DNA of 61,898 nt, counting the filler, from Chiloscyllium plagiosum (lineage: Eukaryota): assembly GCF_004010195.1 (NCBI RefSeq). It is 3 parts of one record of this genome, joined end to end, with 100 filler letters (N's around TTAATTAATTAA, not from the genome) between each part and the next. Parts side by side here need not be neighbours in the genome. Positions count along the whole stretch, not along the records: positions 38,408 to 61,898 come from NC_057716.1; 2 more parts are not named here. One strand, written 5' to 3'. Position 1 is the stretch's first letter. Each line of letters starts with the position of its first letter. Shown piece by piece: positions 61,445 through 61,898 of the stretch. The position numbers and the translations under genes are program-made. The notes under the pieces are model-generated. The model was not told the DNA's origin. It ran no database searches and saw nothing but the letters and a program-made list of their open reading frames with translations.

Positions 61445-61898
61445 ATGTAATGCAAGGAGAACTAGCCATTTAGATACAGAACTGGTTCAAAGGTAGAAGA
61501 CAGAGGGTGGTGGTGGAGGGTTTTTTTCAGACTGGAAGCCTGTGACCAGTGGAGTGCCACAAGGATCGGTGCTGGGTCGTCTACTTTTTGTTAGTTATAT
61601 GGACAAGCTGGATATGAACATAAGAGGTACAGTTAGTAAGTTTGCAGATGACACCAAAATTGGAGGTGTAGTGGACAGCAAAGAAGGTTACCTCAGATTA
61701 CAATGGGATCATGATCAGATGGGCCAATGGGCTGAGAAGTGGCAGATGTAGTTTAATTTAGATAAATGCGAGGTGCTGCATTTTGAGAAAGCAAATCTTA
61801 GCAGAACTCATACACTTAATGGTAAGGTCCTAGGGAGTGTTGCTGAACAAAGAGACCTTGGAGTGCAGGTTCATAGCTCCTTGAAAGTAGTGTCACAG
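61440..61898 (+). repeat. Near-identical re-copy of about 60391-60849 within the CR1
   Basis: Shares private lesions such as cagatgTAGttt and ggtcgtctactt with the upstream copy. Confidence 0.88.

Noticed and set aside
46000..61898. HoxD1 or another homeobox exon upstream of MTX2
   Set aside because: No homeodomain motif (for example WFQNRR) in the ORF track or on inspection

Overview
Vertebrate (cartilaginous-fish, probably shark) genomic DNA, dominated by decayed retroelements. The only host gene I can identify is the 5' part of metaxin-2 (MTX2) on the minus strand. Coding exons 1-3 (45787-45748, 27785-27738, 27010-26964; 40+48+47 nt) splice to MSLATDMFVCQMAAAEPWPENATLYQPLKGEQILLSDNASCLAVQ, behind a CpG promoter with NRF1 and ETS/GABP motifs. 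Exon 4 was not found, so positions 1-26963 are probably intron 3. By known jawed-vertebrate synteny, MTX2 is the 3' neighbour of the HoxD cluster, so the window should lie in the HoxD 3' regulatory landscape; several repeat-free, homeodomain-site-rich islands are candidate enhancers. Repeats include many CR1/HER1 LINE fragments, an L2/Crack-like LINE family, one near-full-length L1 with a target-site duplication (TSD), HE1 V-SINEs, Deu-domain SINEs and several Penelope-like families. The most notable observations are: (i) a heavily decayed Ty1/Copia (GalEa-like) retrotransposon split by nested LINEs and essentially invisible in the ORF track; (ii) about ten minimal hammerhead-ribozyme motifs in Penelope-derived inserts, two with intact cores and five inactivated by the same CpG transition; (iii) a candidate frame-preserving 21-nt MTX2 microexon; (iv) an orphan promoter-like CpG/NRF1 cluster in intron 3. 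Gaps, TTAATTAATTAA spacers and some perfect duplications look like assembly artefacts. All family assignments are from motif recognition, not database searches; TE boundaries are approximate.
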